A stretch of DNA of 32,000 nucleotides, from positions 660,001 to 692,000 of the forward strand of contig NZ_CP080507.1 in assembly GCF_019464535.1 (NCBI RefSeq), in the 5' to 3' direction. This document shows positions 25,091 through 32,000 of the stretch, one piece after another. The translations under genes and the position numbers were made by a program. Positions within the stretch are counted from its first letter, which is position 1; each line of letters begins with the position of its first letter. The stretch is from Horticoccus luteus (GTDB lineage Bacteria; Verrucomicrobiota; Verrucomicrobiia; Opitutales; Opitutaceae). The notes below the pieces were generated by a model. That model did not search any database. It saw only the letters and a list, made by a program, of their open reading frames with translations, and had not been told where the DNA came from.

Positions 25091-25590
25091 TCCTTAGTTT
25101 CGGGGCCTGGTCGTCGCTCCTTGTTCTTTGATCCCGAGGCGCGAGTAACACCGCGCTCGTTGAGGAATGAGGAGAGGAAAGTCCGGACACCGCAGGGCAG
25201 GATGCCGCACGAGCTTCATCGCAAGTGCGGGCGGCAGGCGTGAAGGCCTGTCGACGGAGAGTGTCACAGAAAACAGACAGCCAGACGTGACGCGGCGAAA
25301 GCCGGGTGACGTGGGGTGATGGTGAAAAGGTGGGGTAAGAGCCCACCGCGCCGGCAGCAATGGCGGCGGCACGAAAAACCCCTTCCGGTGCAAGGCAAAA
25401 TAGGTGACTGGGCGGCCCGCCCAACAGTCACGGGTATGCTGCAGCGAGACGCGCGAGGCTGCCGGCGGCGCAAGCCGCTCGCGCCGGCGCCGATCGCCGC
25501 GTGGGCCGTGAGGTCAACGCGAGAGAAATGACGGCTGAAGCGCCGCAAGGCGTGGAACAGAATCCGGCTTACCGGCCCCGAAACTAAGGA
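25091..25590 (+). ncRNA. rnpB: RNase P RNA, bacterial type A
   Basis: Universal P4/CR-I is GAGGAAAGTCCGGAC at 25174-25188, with GGTAAGAGCCCACCG and GCAAGGCAAAATAGG. The 3' P4 strand is ACAGAATCCGGCTTAC. The ends pair as a 17-bp P1 (TCCTTAGTTTCGGGGCC at 25091-25107 with GGCCCCGAAACTAAGGA at 25574-25590). Boundaries are about +/-10 nt. Confidence 0.93.
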
Positions 25591-25611
25591 CTTTTTCGAG
25601 GAGGCGGGCGT

Positions 25612-28332
25612 TCAGTAACGCGCGGGCCAGAGGGCGTGGCGGGCGGCGTTGTAATCGGCCGCGCTAAGGTCGGTGAAGTCGACGCGGCGATACGACATGA
25701 CTTTGGGCGTGAGCGGCGGGAAATGTCCGTTTTCGAAGATTTTGTCGAAGCCCCAGATACGTCGCGGTGCGCTGTAGTAGCGTTGCGCCCAGGGTTGCGT
25801 GGAGACGTTGCTTTTGTAGAGCGAGACGAGGGAGCCGCGGATGGCGACCGCGTTGGAGCCCCAGTTTTCGATGAAGCGGGGGAGGTTGTGCACGCCACCG
25901 CTGAAGGAGGTGGGCGAGGTGGGCGCGATCCCGGTGATGAAAGCGGCGGCGACTTCGGTGGAGCCGGATGCGCTGGGGCTGACGGTGCTGTAGCTTTTCC
26001 CGGCGCTGGTGGAGCCGTTGCTGGTGGGCACGAGGTTGGTGGTCGAGTTGGTGCCGAAGTAATTGGGCGAGAGAATCGTGATGGCGTCGGCGGCGATGGC
26101 CACGGGGATTTCGGCGCTATCGCCGGAGCCGGCGGCGCCGGTTTTACCGTCGTCGGGCATGGTGGCGCTGGTGGCGGAGGTGGCGTTGTTGCCGTCGGCG
26201 TTGAAGTGCCCGAGGATGTAGGCTGGGGCGTTGGTGGCGAGCGTCACGCCGGTGACGCTGTTGACGGTGGGCAGGAGGCTGCTGCCGGAGGCGACGGTGG
26301 CATTGGCGAGGACGACGCTGGTTTGCCCCGGGAAATCGCTGCCGGCCGTGGACTTCACGTCGACGTAAACGCCGCCATTCCATCCGCTGGCGCCGGTGCC
26401 CCAGATGGCGCCGCTCGCGGTCTTGATGGCGGCGCCATCGGTGTTGGTGTTGGTGAGGGTGTTTTTGAGGGCGGAGCGGAGCGCACCGAGGTTGACCTGC
26501 ACGACGTTGATGCCGGTGAGCTGGCGCTGGTCGTAGAAGCCGGATTGCACGGTCATGGAAGAGGCGGAGACGTTGGGGTCGGAGGGATCGGTCGTGGCTG
26601 TGACGCCGTCGTCGCCAAACGTAGCGATAACCGAATCGGCGGCGGAGGATGAGTTGTAATAGGTCGAAGGGTTGACGGTTGTCGTGCTGCTGGAGCCACC
26701 CGAAAATGAAGAGGAGTTGACGCTTTGGCCGGAGCCGCCGGTGCCGTTGAGGGAGACGGTGACGTTGTTGGAGATCGTGCCGCCGGTCTTGGTGGTTTTC
26801 TGAATCTGGTATTTGTTCTTGTAAGTGCCGGAGGTGATTTTCACGGAGGAGTAACTCACCTGGTTGCCTTTTTGGGTGCTGGTGCCGGTGCCGGTGGCGA
26901 GGTAAGGGACGAAGGTGACAAGGTTGGAGGGCACGGCGCCGAGGCGGATGCCGCCGTTGGGGCCGATATCGGTGGCGGCGGTGCCCGAGGGAGCGGAGTT
27001 GCGCGGGCCGAAGAGCGTGACAGTGGCGGAATCCGCGGAGCCGCCGGTGCCGGGGGTGACCTTCACCTCGACGTAAAGACCTGTTTGGTTGGCGAACTTC
27101 TGGTTCTCGACCTCGGCGCGGGCGTCGTAATAGGCGGAACCGGTGGTGAGTCCGGAGTCGGGGCGGTCGATGATGGCGTGAGGGTCGGGCAGGGTGCCGG
27201 AATCATCGACGGGTTGGCCGAAGGAAATGGGGTGGTAGTTGGACACGCCCATGGCTGACGTCTGGAGATTCCCGCCCCAGGTCTGGGAGGCGTATTGGCG
27301 GAAGTTGGACGAGAGTTTGCCTTCGAGTTGCGTGATGGCGGGTGTGGTGGTGTTGGTGAATCGGCCTTGCGAGGAGAGCAGGCTGCTGAGGCCGCCCATC
27401 GTGCTGTCTTTCCACACGCCACTGCTGTCTTTGAGGTTCACTTGGGAGCCGGTGCTGTTGACGAAGGTGATGGGATCGTTGCCGAGGGGTTCGCCATCCA
27501 AGGTGCCAGAGCTGGAGGAGTAGCCGCGGCCTTGTGCGGCGGGTTTTTCGCTGGCCCAGGAGTGGTAGATGTGGCCGGTGACGGAGACGGGGCCGTGGAA
27601 ATTGACGGCGTTGGCGGAGCCGGTTTCCACGGTGCCTTGCGCGAGGGGGAACATGTTGCCGTTGACGTGCACGGGGCCGTAAATGTCGAGGGTGGGGCCC
27701 GGCGCGGCCTCGAGGTCATTGTTATCGTAGAAGATGGCGTGTGCGAACAATGGGGCGCCGCGAATGGAGATTTTCTCGGAGACGTAGGCGGTGATGGGCG
27801 CACCGATGGGTGGAACGACGGAGGCGCGGGCGAGCACCTGCACATCGCGGCGGTAAACGTATTGGCCTTTCAGGGTGTCGAACTGGTTGTCCGGATTATT
27901 GGGATCAACGAAGAAGAGGGCGCCGCTGCTGGGAATGGTGACGAGGACGCCGCCGACGAGCTCCAAGCCATTGGGATTGGTGGCTGAATAAGTGCCGGTG
28001 CGGACGGAGCCGCTGCGGAAGAACGAATCGGGCGGCAGCACGAGGGCGTTGGCGCCGCCGGGATCGAACGTGGGCGGCGTGGCGAAGCTGTTGAACTGAT
28101 TAACGATTTGGGAGAAGCCGAACTCGGCGACCGCTTCGGCGGCGTTGCGCGCTTCGAGCCAGTAGGAATTGCGGCGGTTGAGGCGACTCTCGGTAAGCGA
28201 CCAGGAGAGAATGGAGGCACTCAATCCGAAGAGGATGATCACGAAGATCATCACGGTGACGAACGCGGAGCCGCGGCGGGGATGGCGCGGGAAAGGGGAG
28301 GAGCGACAGGGAGACATGGGTGGGAGGGTCAA
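25612..28332 (-). CDS. Large (906 aa) PilX-N / GspK-like membrane-anchored protein, the third gene of the pseudopilin operon. It may be a pilus-tip or surface protein.
   Basis: The ATG at 28332 overlaps the upstream stop (ATGA). The N-terminus RRGSAFVTVMIFVIILFGLSASILSWSLTESRLN...YWLEARNAAEA matches the PilX_N-type anchor. The rest is Gly/Ser/Thr/Asn-rich, and the C-terminus is aromatic-rich (GGVHNLPRFIENWG...RIWGFDKIFENGHFPP). Confidence 0.8.
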   Translation of the reverse strand: MTLPPMSPCRSSPFPRHPRRGSAFVTVMIFVIILFGLSASILSWSLTESRLNRRNSYWLEARNAAEAVAEFGFSQIVNQFNSFATPPTFDPGGANALVLPPDSFFRSGSVRTGTYSATNPNGLELVGGVLVTIPSSGALFFVDPNNPDNQFDTLKGQYVYRRDVQVLARASVVPPIGAPITAYVSEKISIRGAPLFAHAIFYDNNDLEAAPGPTLDIYGPVHVNGNMFPLAQGTVETGSANAVNFHGPVSVTGHIYHSWASEKPAAQGRGYSSSSGTLDGEPLGNDPITFVNSTGSQVNLKDSSGVWKDSTMGGLSSLLSSQGRFTNTTTPAITQLEGKLSSNFRQYASQTWGGNLQTSAMGVSNYHPISFGQPVDDSGTLPDPHAIIDRPDSGLTTGSAYYDARAEVENQKFANQTGLYVEVKVTPGTGGSADSATVTLFGPRNSAPSGTAATDIGPNGGIRLGAVPSNLVTFVPYLATGTGTSTQKGNQVSYSSVKITSGTYKNKYQIQKTTKTGGTISNNVTVSLNGTGGSGQSVNSSSFSGGSSSTTTVNPSTYYNSSSAADSVIATFGDDGVTATTDPSDPNVSASSMTVQSGFYDQRQLTGINVVQVNLGALRSALKNTLTNTNTDGAAIKTASGAIWGTGASGWNGGVYVDVKSTAGSDFPGQTSVVLANATVASGSSLLPTVNSVTGVTLATNAPAYILGHFNADGNNATSATSATMPDDGKTGAAGSGDSAEIPVAIAADAITILSPNYFGTNSTTNLVPTSNGSTSAGKSYSTVSPSASGSTEVAAAFITGIAPTSPTSFSGGVHNLPRFIENWGSNAVAIRGSLVSLYKSNVSTQPWAQRYYSAPRRIWGFDKIFENGHFPPLTPKVMSYRRVDFTDLSAADYNAARHALWPARY

Positions 28333-29018
28333 CCGCGGGGGGAGACCGTGAAGTTGTAGGTGTTGACCGCGCGGCGCAGGACGTTGCCCTGCTCGATGAC
28401 CTGGCCGCGCACCATGATGCTGCGGTCGTAGAAATCGTAAAACAGCGAGCCGTTGCTGAGGCCTTGAGCGAGTTGGAGCACGACGGGATTGGTGTGCGCG
28501 GTCGCGACAGGCACGTTGGTGTTGAGGATTTGATAGAGCGGCGTGACGGCGGCATCGACGGCCGGGCTGAGAGTGCGATCAAATTTACGCACGGGACCGG
28601 TGCTGGTGGCGACGGAGGGGTTTTCCGGATCGCGGTAGTAGCCGATGATACGGCTGATGAGAGTCTTGCCGCTGGTGATGTCGGTATCCGCAAATACCAG
28701 GAGGAGAAAATCCCCCGACTGGCCATCGCTGACGGCGGCATCGGTGGTGACGCCGCCGGAGGTCACCGAGCGTTGGGAGAAGCTGGGAAAGATGCGGAAG
28801 TAACTCGAGTAAACGGCGTTGGTGGTCATCTGCTGCGTGAACGAACGGATGTCGCGGTTCACTTTGATGCGGCCGGCGTCGTAGTGAAAAATGTTGAGCG
28901 CGTGCATCGTGAAACGGAGGGCTCCGGCGGAGACCAAGCCGAGAATGGTCATCGTGATCAGGATCTCGACGAGGGTGAAGCCGCCGGAAGGGCGAGCGGA
29001 CGGCGAAGCGGTGCGCAT
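28329..29018 (-). CDS. Prepilin-type N-terminal cleavage/methylation domain protein (pseudopilin)
   Basis: Track ORF 28329-29102 trimmed to the ATG at 29018. The leader plus motif is MRTASPSARPSGG|FTLVEILITMTILGLV (G-FTLxE class III signal). It starts 2 nt after the upstream gene's stop. Confidence 0.85.
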   Translation of the reverse strand: MRTASPSARPSGGFTLVEILITMTILGLVSAGALRFTMHALNIFHYDAGRIKVNRDIRSFTQQMTTNAVYSSYFRIFPSFSQRSVTSGGVTTDAAVSDGQSGDFLLLVFADTDITSGKTLISRIIGYYRDPENPSVATSTGPVRKFDRTLSPAVDAAVTPLYQILNTNVPVATAHTNPVVLQLAQGLSNGSLFYDFYDRSIMVRGQVIEQGNVLRRAVNTYNFTVSPRG

Positions 29019-29020
29019 GA

Positions 29021-29749
29021 TTAGAAAGTGGGGACGACGGAGCGGATCGTGCGGACGGAGCCGATGGCGTATTGGGTGCGAGCGCCATCGCGATACTGCC
29101 ATGTGTAGATGATCGTGATGCCGAAGACGCGCTGGGCTTGGGCGGAAGAGGTGTTGCTCAAGTCGGAGACCCAGACCCAGAGGTTCAATTTCAGGTCAGT
29201 GAGCCCTACGCGGGTCGCAGGGTAAGTGCGCGCTTTGGTCCAGATGCTGTTCCACGCGACCTGCTGAGTTGTGGCGTCTTTGCTTGTGTCGGTCGAAGTG
29301 GACGACGTGGCGGTGTAGTCCTTGGAGGTGTCGAAGCCGCGGAGGTTGTCGACGATGCCTTCGGGGGTGACGCCGGGGACGATCGTATTGAGCGCCGGGG
29401 GCGTGCCCGTGGAGGTCATCAAGCCATCGGCGGTGGTGTCATCGAGCAACGTGGGGATATTGTGCGAGGCGGGGTTGAGGACGGGGTTGCCCTTGGTGTC
29501 CTGGCCGCCGGTCACTTGAACCAGCTCCATGTTCTTCATTTGCTCGATGTAACCTTGGACGATGGTGAGCGCGGAGTTTTGCGTGACACTGCGCTCGGTC
29601 AGGCGGCGGCTTTGGAGCAGCGTGGCGAGAATGCCGCCGAGCGCGAGGGTGAGGACGGCGAGGGCGACCATGACCTCCGCCAAGGTCATGCCGCGAGAGG
29701 CGGAGGCGGAGCGCCGGCGGGGCAGGAAACGGGGCGCGGGGCAGGTCAT
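29021..29749 (-). CDS. Prepilin-type N-terminal cleavage/methylation domain protein (pseudopilin)
   Basis: Track ORF 29021-30262 trimmed to the ATG at 29749. The upstream part would run antisense through rpsT. The motif is ...SASRG|MTLAEVMVALAVLTLALGGILA. Confidence 0.85.
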   Translation of the reverse strand: MTCPAPRFLPRRRSASASRGMTLAEVMVALAVLTLALGGILATLLQSRRLTERSVTQNSALTIVQGYIEQMKNMELVQVTGGQDTKGNPVLNPASHNIPTLLDDTTADGLMTSTGTPPALNTIVPGVTPEGIVDNLRGFDTSKDYTATSSTSTDTSKDATTQQVAWNSIWTKARTYPATRVGLTDLKLNLWVWVSDLSNTSSAQAQRVFGITIIYTWQYRDGARTQYAIGSVRTIRSVVPTF

Positions 29750-29944
29750 TGGGCGGAATAGAGGGGGCGTTGCGAAGCGGGTGCGATCACGCATTCGGCG
29801 GAATAACGGCCCTAGCGACAAGGGCCGGATGGCCCTGCCGGGAGAGGCGGCCGGCGCGATCGGGATCGAGGCGCGGCCGGATAAAACCCTTGACTCACCG
29901 GCGCGCGTTTGAGTCTTTGACCGGCTAACTTTAATTTTTCGACC

Positions 29945-30208
29945 ATGGCCAACACGAAATCTGCCATCAAAGCCGCCCGTAAGACGGTCCGCCTCACCAC
30001 TCGCAACCAAGCTGCCCAAACGCGCTTGAAGACGATGCACAAGAAGTTCACGCAGGCGGTCGCGGCCAACGACGCGGCGGCGGCGAAGACGGCGGGAGCG
30101 GCTTACGCGTCGGCGATCGACCGCGCGGCCAAGAAGGGGATCGTGCACAAGAACGCGGCCAATCACGTGAAGAGCCACGTTTCGAAATACGTTTTGGCGA
30201 AAGCCTGA
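29945..30208 (+). CDS. rpsT: 30S ribosomal protein S20
   Basis: 87 aa. MANTKSAIKAARKTVRLTTRNQAAQTRLKT...KGIVHKNAANHVKSHVSKYV is the canonical S20 sequence pattern. Confidence 0.95.
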   Translation: MANTKSAIKAARKTVRLTTRNQAAQTRLKTMHKKFTQAVAANDAAAAKTAGAAYASAIDRAAKKGIVHKNAANHVKSHVSKYVLAKA

Positions 30209-30225
30209 GGATCCTGAATTTTTTC

Positions 30226-30259
30226 GCCCCGGCGCACTCTCGAGTGGCCGGGGCTTTTT
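30226..30259 (+). terminator. Rho-independent terminator of rpsT
   Basis: The stem GCCCCGGC (30226-30233) pairs with GCCGGGGC (30247-30254) around a 13-nt loop. It is followed by TTTTT (30255-30259) and lies 18 nt after the rpsT stop. Confidence 0.7.
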
Positions 30260-30451
30260 CATGTCCGCCCGCGGCGATTGCGCCGGGCGGCCGACGAGGG
30301 CGCGAGTGGTTTCCGAGCACGCTGCGAACCAATATCATCCAACGCATACGCGGGGTTCGGCGGTGGGGCGCTTGTGGCATTGACCTTCTCTTAACTCTTC
30401 TCACGGTCCGGCGTTCTCTGGCGCCCACTCCTTGGGCACCGACCTTGAGCT

Positions 30452-32000
30452 ATGAATACCTCTAAATTGTTTTGTTGTTGGTTTAGCGCGCTGGCTGCCT
30501 TGGCCGGCGCATCGCTTGGTTTCGCGGGCGGCGGTCCTTATATGATCCAAAAGGTCCAGACGTTTACCCAGACCAGCGGTGCCGGCGCCGTGGCGGATTT
30601 GGGCCAACCCTACTCTTTTCGCGCCAATTCCCTCGTTGAGTCCAACCTGCATCTACCGGACGGCAGCACGCAAACCTTGGTGCTTCAGGATGAAGGAGGC
30701 GGTGAAGTGTCTTACGGGCTGCATTTAGACTTCGCGAACCAAGCCGCGCTCGATGCCGCCTATCCGAATGGCATCTATACGATCACGGGCACGGGAATCC
30801 CGACGCTCAGCTTCAATTTGACCGGCAATCTCTATCCGACGGCGACGCCGCAGATCACCAACGGCACGTGGAGCAACGGAGGCCTTCTGGTCATTAATCC
30901 GAATACGTCCACGACCCTCAACCTGAGCAACTTTTCGACCTACGCCACGGCGGGAGTTGCCGGTCACATGAGCTTGTCGCTCGGTGGCAACAACGTCGAC
31001 CTTTCACAGGATATACTCACGCAGGCGGCGTTCGATATCGACGTTTCGGCCACGCCGTTTACGTCCGTCACCGTCCCGGCGGGAAGTCTGACCGAGGGGC
31101 GGATTTACAACCTGCAATTGGATTTCGACACGGCGACGACGTTTGACCTCATGACGATGCCGGACAGCGGCGTGATTGCCCTCTACGAGAAACATCTGGA
31201 CGTCTGGGTCGTCGCGCTGGCCGATCCTTCCTCCGCACCGCCGGTGCCGACCATTTCACAGCAACCGGCGAACCAGACCGGCCCCTTGGGCGGGTCGGCG
31301 ACGTTTACCGCGATGGTCAATACGCATACGATGATGCAGGGCGATTCGCGGACCGCCTGGTATTTCAACGGCGCCGAAATCCGGTTCGATAACAACAGCA
31401 CAAAGTATCACTACGATTTCGTCGGCGGCGGAATCGGCCTGACCGTGAACAACATCACGCAGGCCGACGTGGGTGTTTACTCGCTGAAGTTCGTCAACGC
31501 AGGTGGCATCGCGGCCAGCGTCGGCGCGACGCTGGCAATTGGCGCCGCGGCGCCGCCGGTCATCACCGCGCAACCCATTGCGCAGATGCTCAACGCGGGG
31601 CAGAGCGCATTTTTCTCCGTCAGCGCCACCGGCTCTTCGCTCAGCTATCAATGGACGAAGGATGGAGTCGCTCTTCCGGGAGCGACCAGCGCCACCCTCA
31701 ATCTGAACGGCGTGCAAGTGTCTGATGCCGGCGATTACGCCGTCGCGATCGTCAGCGATGGCGGGACAATCGTGAGCGACTCTGCGACGTTGACGGTATT
31801 TGCCGCGCCGGTGATCACCGCGCAGCCGACCAGCGTCGCCGCGCCCACGGGCGGCGTGGCCACGTTCACGGTGAGCGCCACCGGTGGCCCGGCGCCGGCC
31901 TACCGGTGGGCGAAAAACAACGTGCTGATTGACGGCGCGACCAACGCCTCGCTCACCTTGACCAACCTCCAAAGCGCGGACGCCGGCGACTATGCCGTGA
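30452..32000 (+). CDS. 5' part of a secreted protein with tandem Ig-like (I-set-type) repeats; it runs off the right edge
   Basis: This ORF is not in the track because it has no stop inside the window. I translated frame 2 by hand from the ATG at 30452 (in-frame TGA at 30446-30448) to nt 32000 and found no stop across 516 codons. There is a signal peptide (MNTSKLFCCWFSALAALAGASLGFA). From about 31239 there are about 85-100-aa repeats of the form PPVITAQP...G.SA.F.V.A.G....Y.W.K.G..L.GAT.A.L.L..VQ.SDAGDYAV. Confidence 0.8.
   Translation, partial: MNTSKLFCCWFSALAALAGASLGFAGGGPYMIQKVQTFTQTSGAGAVADLGQPYSFRANSLVESNLHLPDGSTQTLVLQDEGGGEVSYGLHLDFANQAALDAAYPNGIYTITGTGIPTLSFNLTGNLYPTATPQITNGTWSNGGLLVINPNTSTTLNLSNFSTYATAGVAGHMSLSLGGNNVDLSQDILTQAAFDIDVSATPFTSVTVPAGSLTEGRIYNLQLDFDTATTFDLMTMPDSGVIALYEKHLDVWVVALADPSSAPPVPTISQQPANQTGPLGGSATFTAMVNTHTMMQGDSRTAWYFNGAEIRFDNNSTKYHYDFVGGGIGLTVNNITQADVGVYSLKFVNAGGIAASVGATLAIGAAAPPVITAQPIAQMLNAGQSAFFSVSATGSSLSYQWTKDGVALPGATSATLNLNGVQVSDAGDYAVAIVSDGGTIVSDSATLTVFAAPVITAQPTSVAAPTGGVATFTVSATGGPAPAYRWAKNNVLIDGATNASLTLTNLQSADAGDYAV

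Noticed and set aside
23715-25424. 569-aa minus-strand ORF antisense to the aminotransferase and running into rnpB
   Set aside because: Arg/Pro-rich artefact. The plus strand has the PLP-Lys motif. The 3' portion overlaps a structural RNA.
25636-28741. Several plus- and minus-strand ORFs (25636-26652, 26725-27258, 27295-27987, 28100-28741 and others) overlapping the 906-aa gene
   Set aside because: Their Gly/Ala/Val- or Pro/Ser/Arg-rich translations are mirror-frame products of the Gly/Ser/Thr-rich real gene. Only the 25612-28332 frame has a credible N-terminal anchor and start-stop coupling with the upstream gene.
29909-29937. Candidate sigma70-like promoter for rpsT. It would be TTGAGT, a 17-nt spacer and TAATTT, ending 7 nt before the ATG, which would imply a nearly leaderless mRNA.
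   Set aside because: The hexamer matches are weak. Most genes in this window also lack an obvious Shine-Dalgarno sequence, so that absence is not informative. It cannot be supported without TSS data.
30244-30465. 73-aa plus-strand ORF between rpsT and the Ig-like-repeat gene
   Set aside because: It starts inside the rpsT terminator stem and is Arg/Gly/Pro-rich with no motif. It overlaps the real start at 30452 in a different frame.
1-32000. Scan for tRNA, rRNA, tmRNA, CRISPR arrays, transposases, integrases, toxin-antitoxin pairs or known defence genes
   Set aside because: I recognised no T-loop (GGTTCGAATCC-like) context, no regularly spaced direct repeats and no recombinase-like ORF. This was a visual scan only, so tRNAscan-SE, Infernal and minCED would be needed for a definitive negative.

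Overview
GC-rich bacterial chromosomal DNA (about two-thirds G+C by eye, not computed). Long Arg/Pro/His-rich antisense ORFs are common, so most of the six-frame track is artefact. The gene content suggests a Verrucomicrobiota (Opitutaceae-like) genome: prepilin-type proteins followed by a giant PilX-N protein, a GxxExxY gene, and a secreted protein with Ig-like repeats. This taxonomic call is an inference. I support about 31 protein genes, one RNase P RNA, one intrinsic terminator and one inverted-repeat-bounded cassette.

Left to right:
- A truncated propeller/lyase-like gene, a PhyH-type dioxygenase and an (alpha/alpha)6 glycosidase-like gene.
- An NTF2-like gene and a hotdog thioesterase on the minus strand.
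- deoC, then a GxxExxY cassette bounded by 35-nt inverted repeats, a full-length aldehyde dehydrogenase, a POT transporter and an ALDH paralog lacking its catalytic domain.
- A tightly packed operon of a KaiC homolog, a pseudo-receiver histidine kinase and a CheY-like regulator.
- A minus-strand run: STAS/SEC14, DUF2071, bacterioferritin-like, sulfatase, HAD.
- A four-gene Mla/Pqi-type lipid-transport operon.
- Gfo/Idh/MocA plus KdsD, a LysM lipoprotein and an aminotransferase.
- rnpB.
- A three-gene pseudopilin operon ending in a 906-aa PilX-N protein.
- rpsT with its terminator.
- An edge-truncated ORF for a secreted Ig-like-repeat protein that is missing from the ORF track.

I recognised no tRNA, rRNA, CRISPR array or transposase. 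The most interesting items are the pseudopilin/PilX-N cassette, the GxxExxY inverted-repeat cassette, the KaiC module without KaiA or KaiB, and the ALDH pseudoenzyme.
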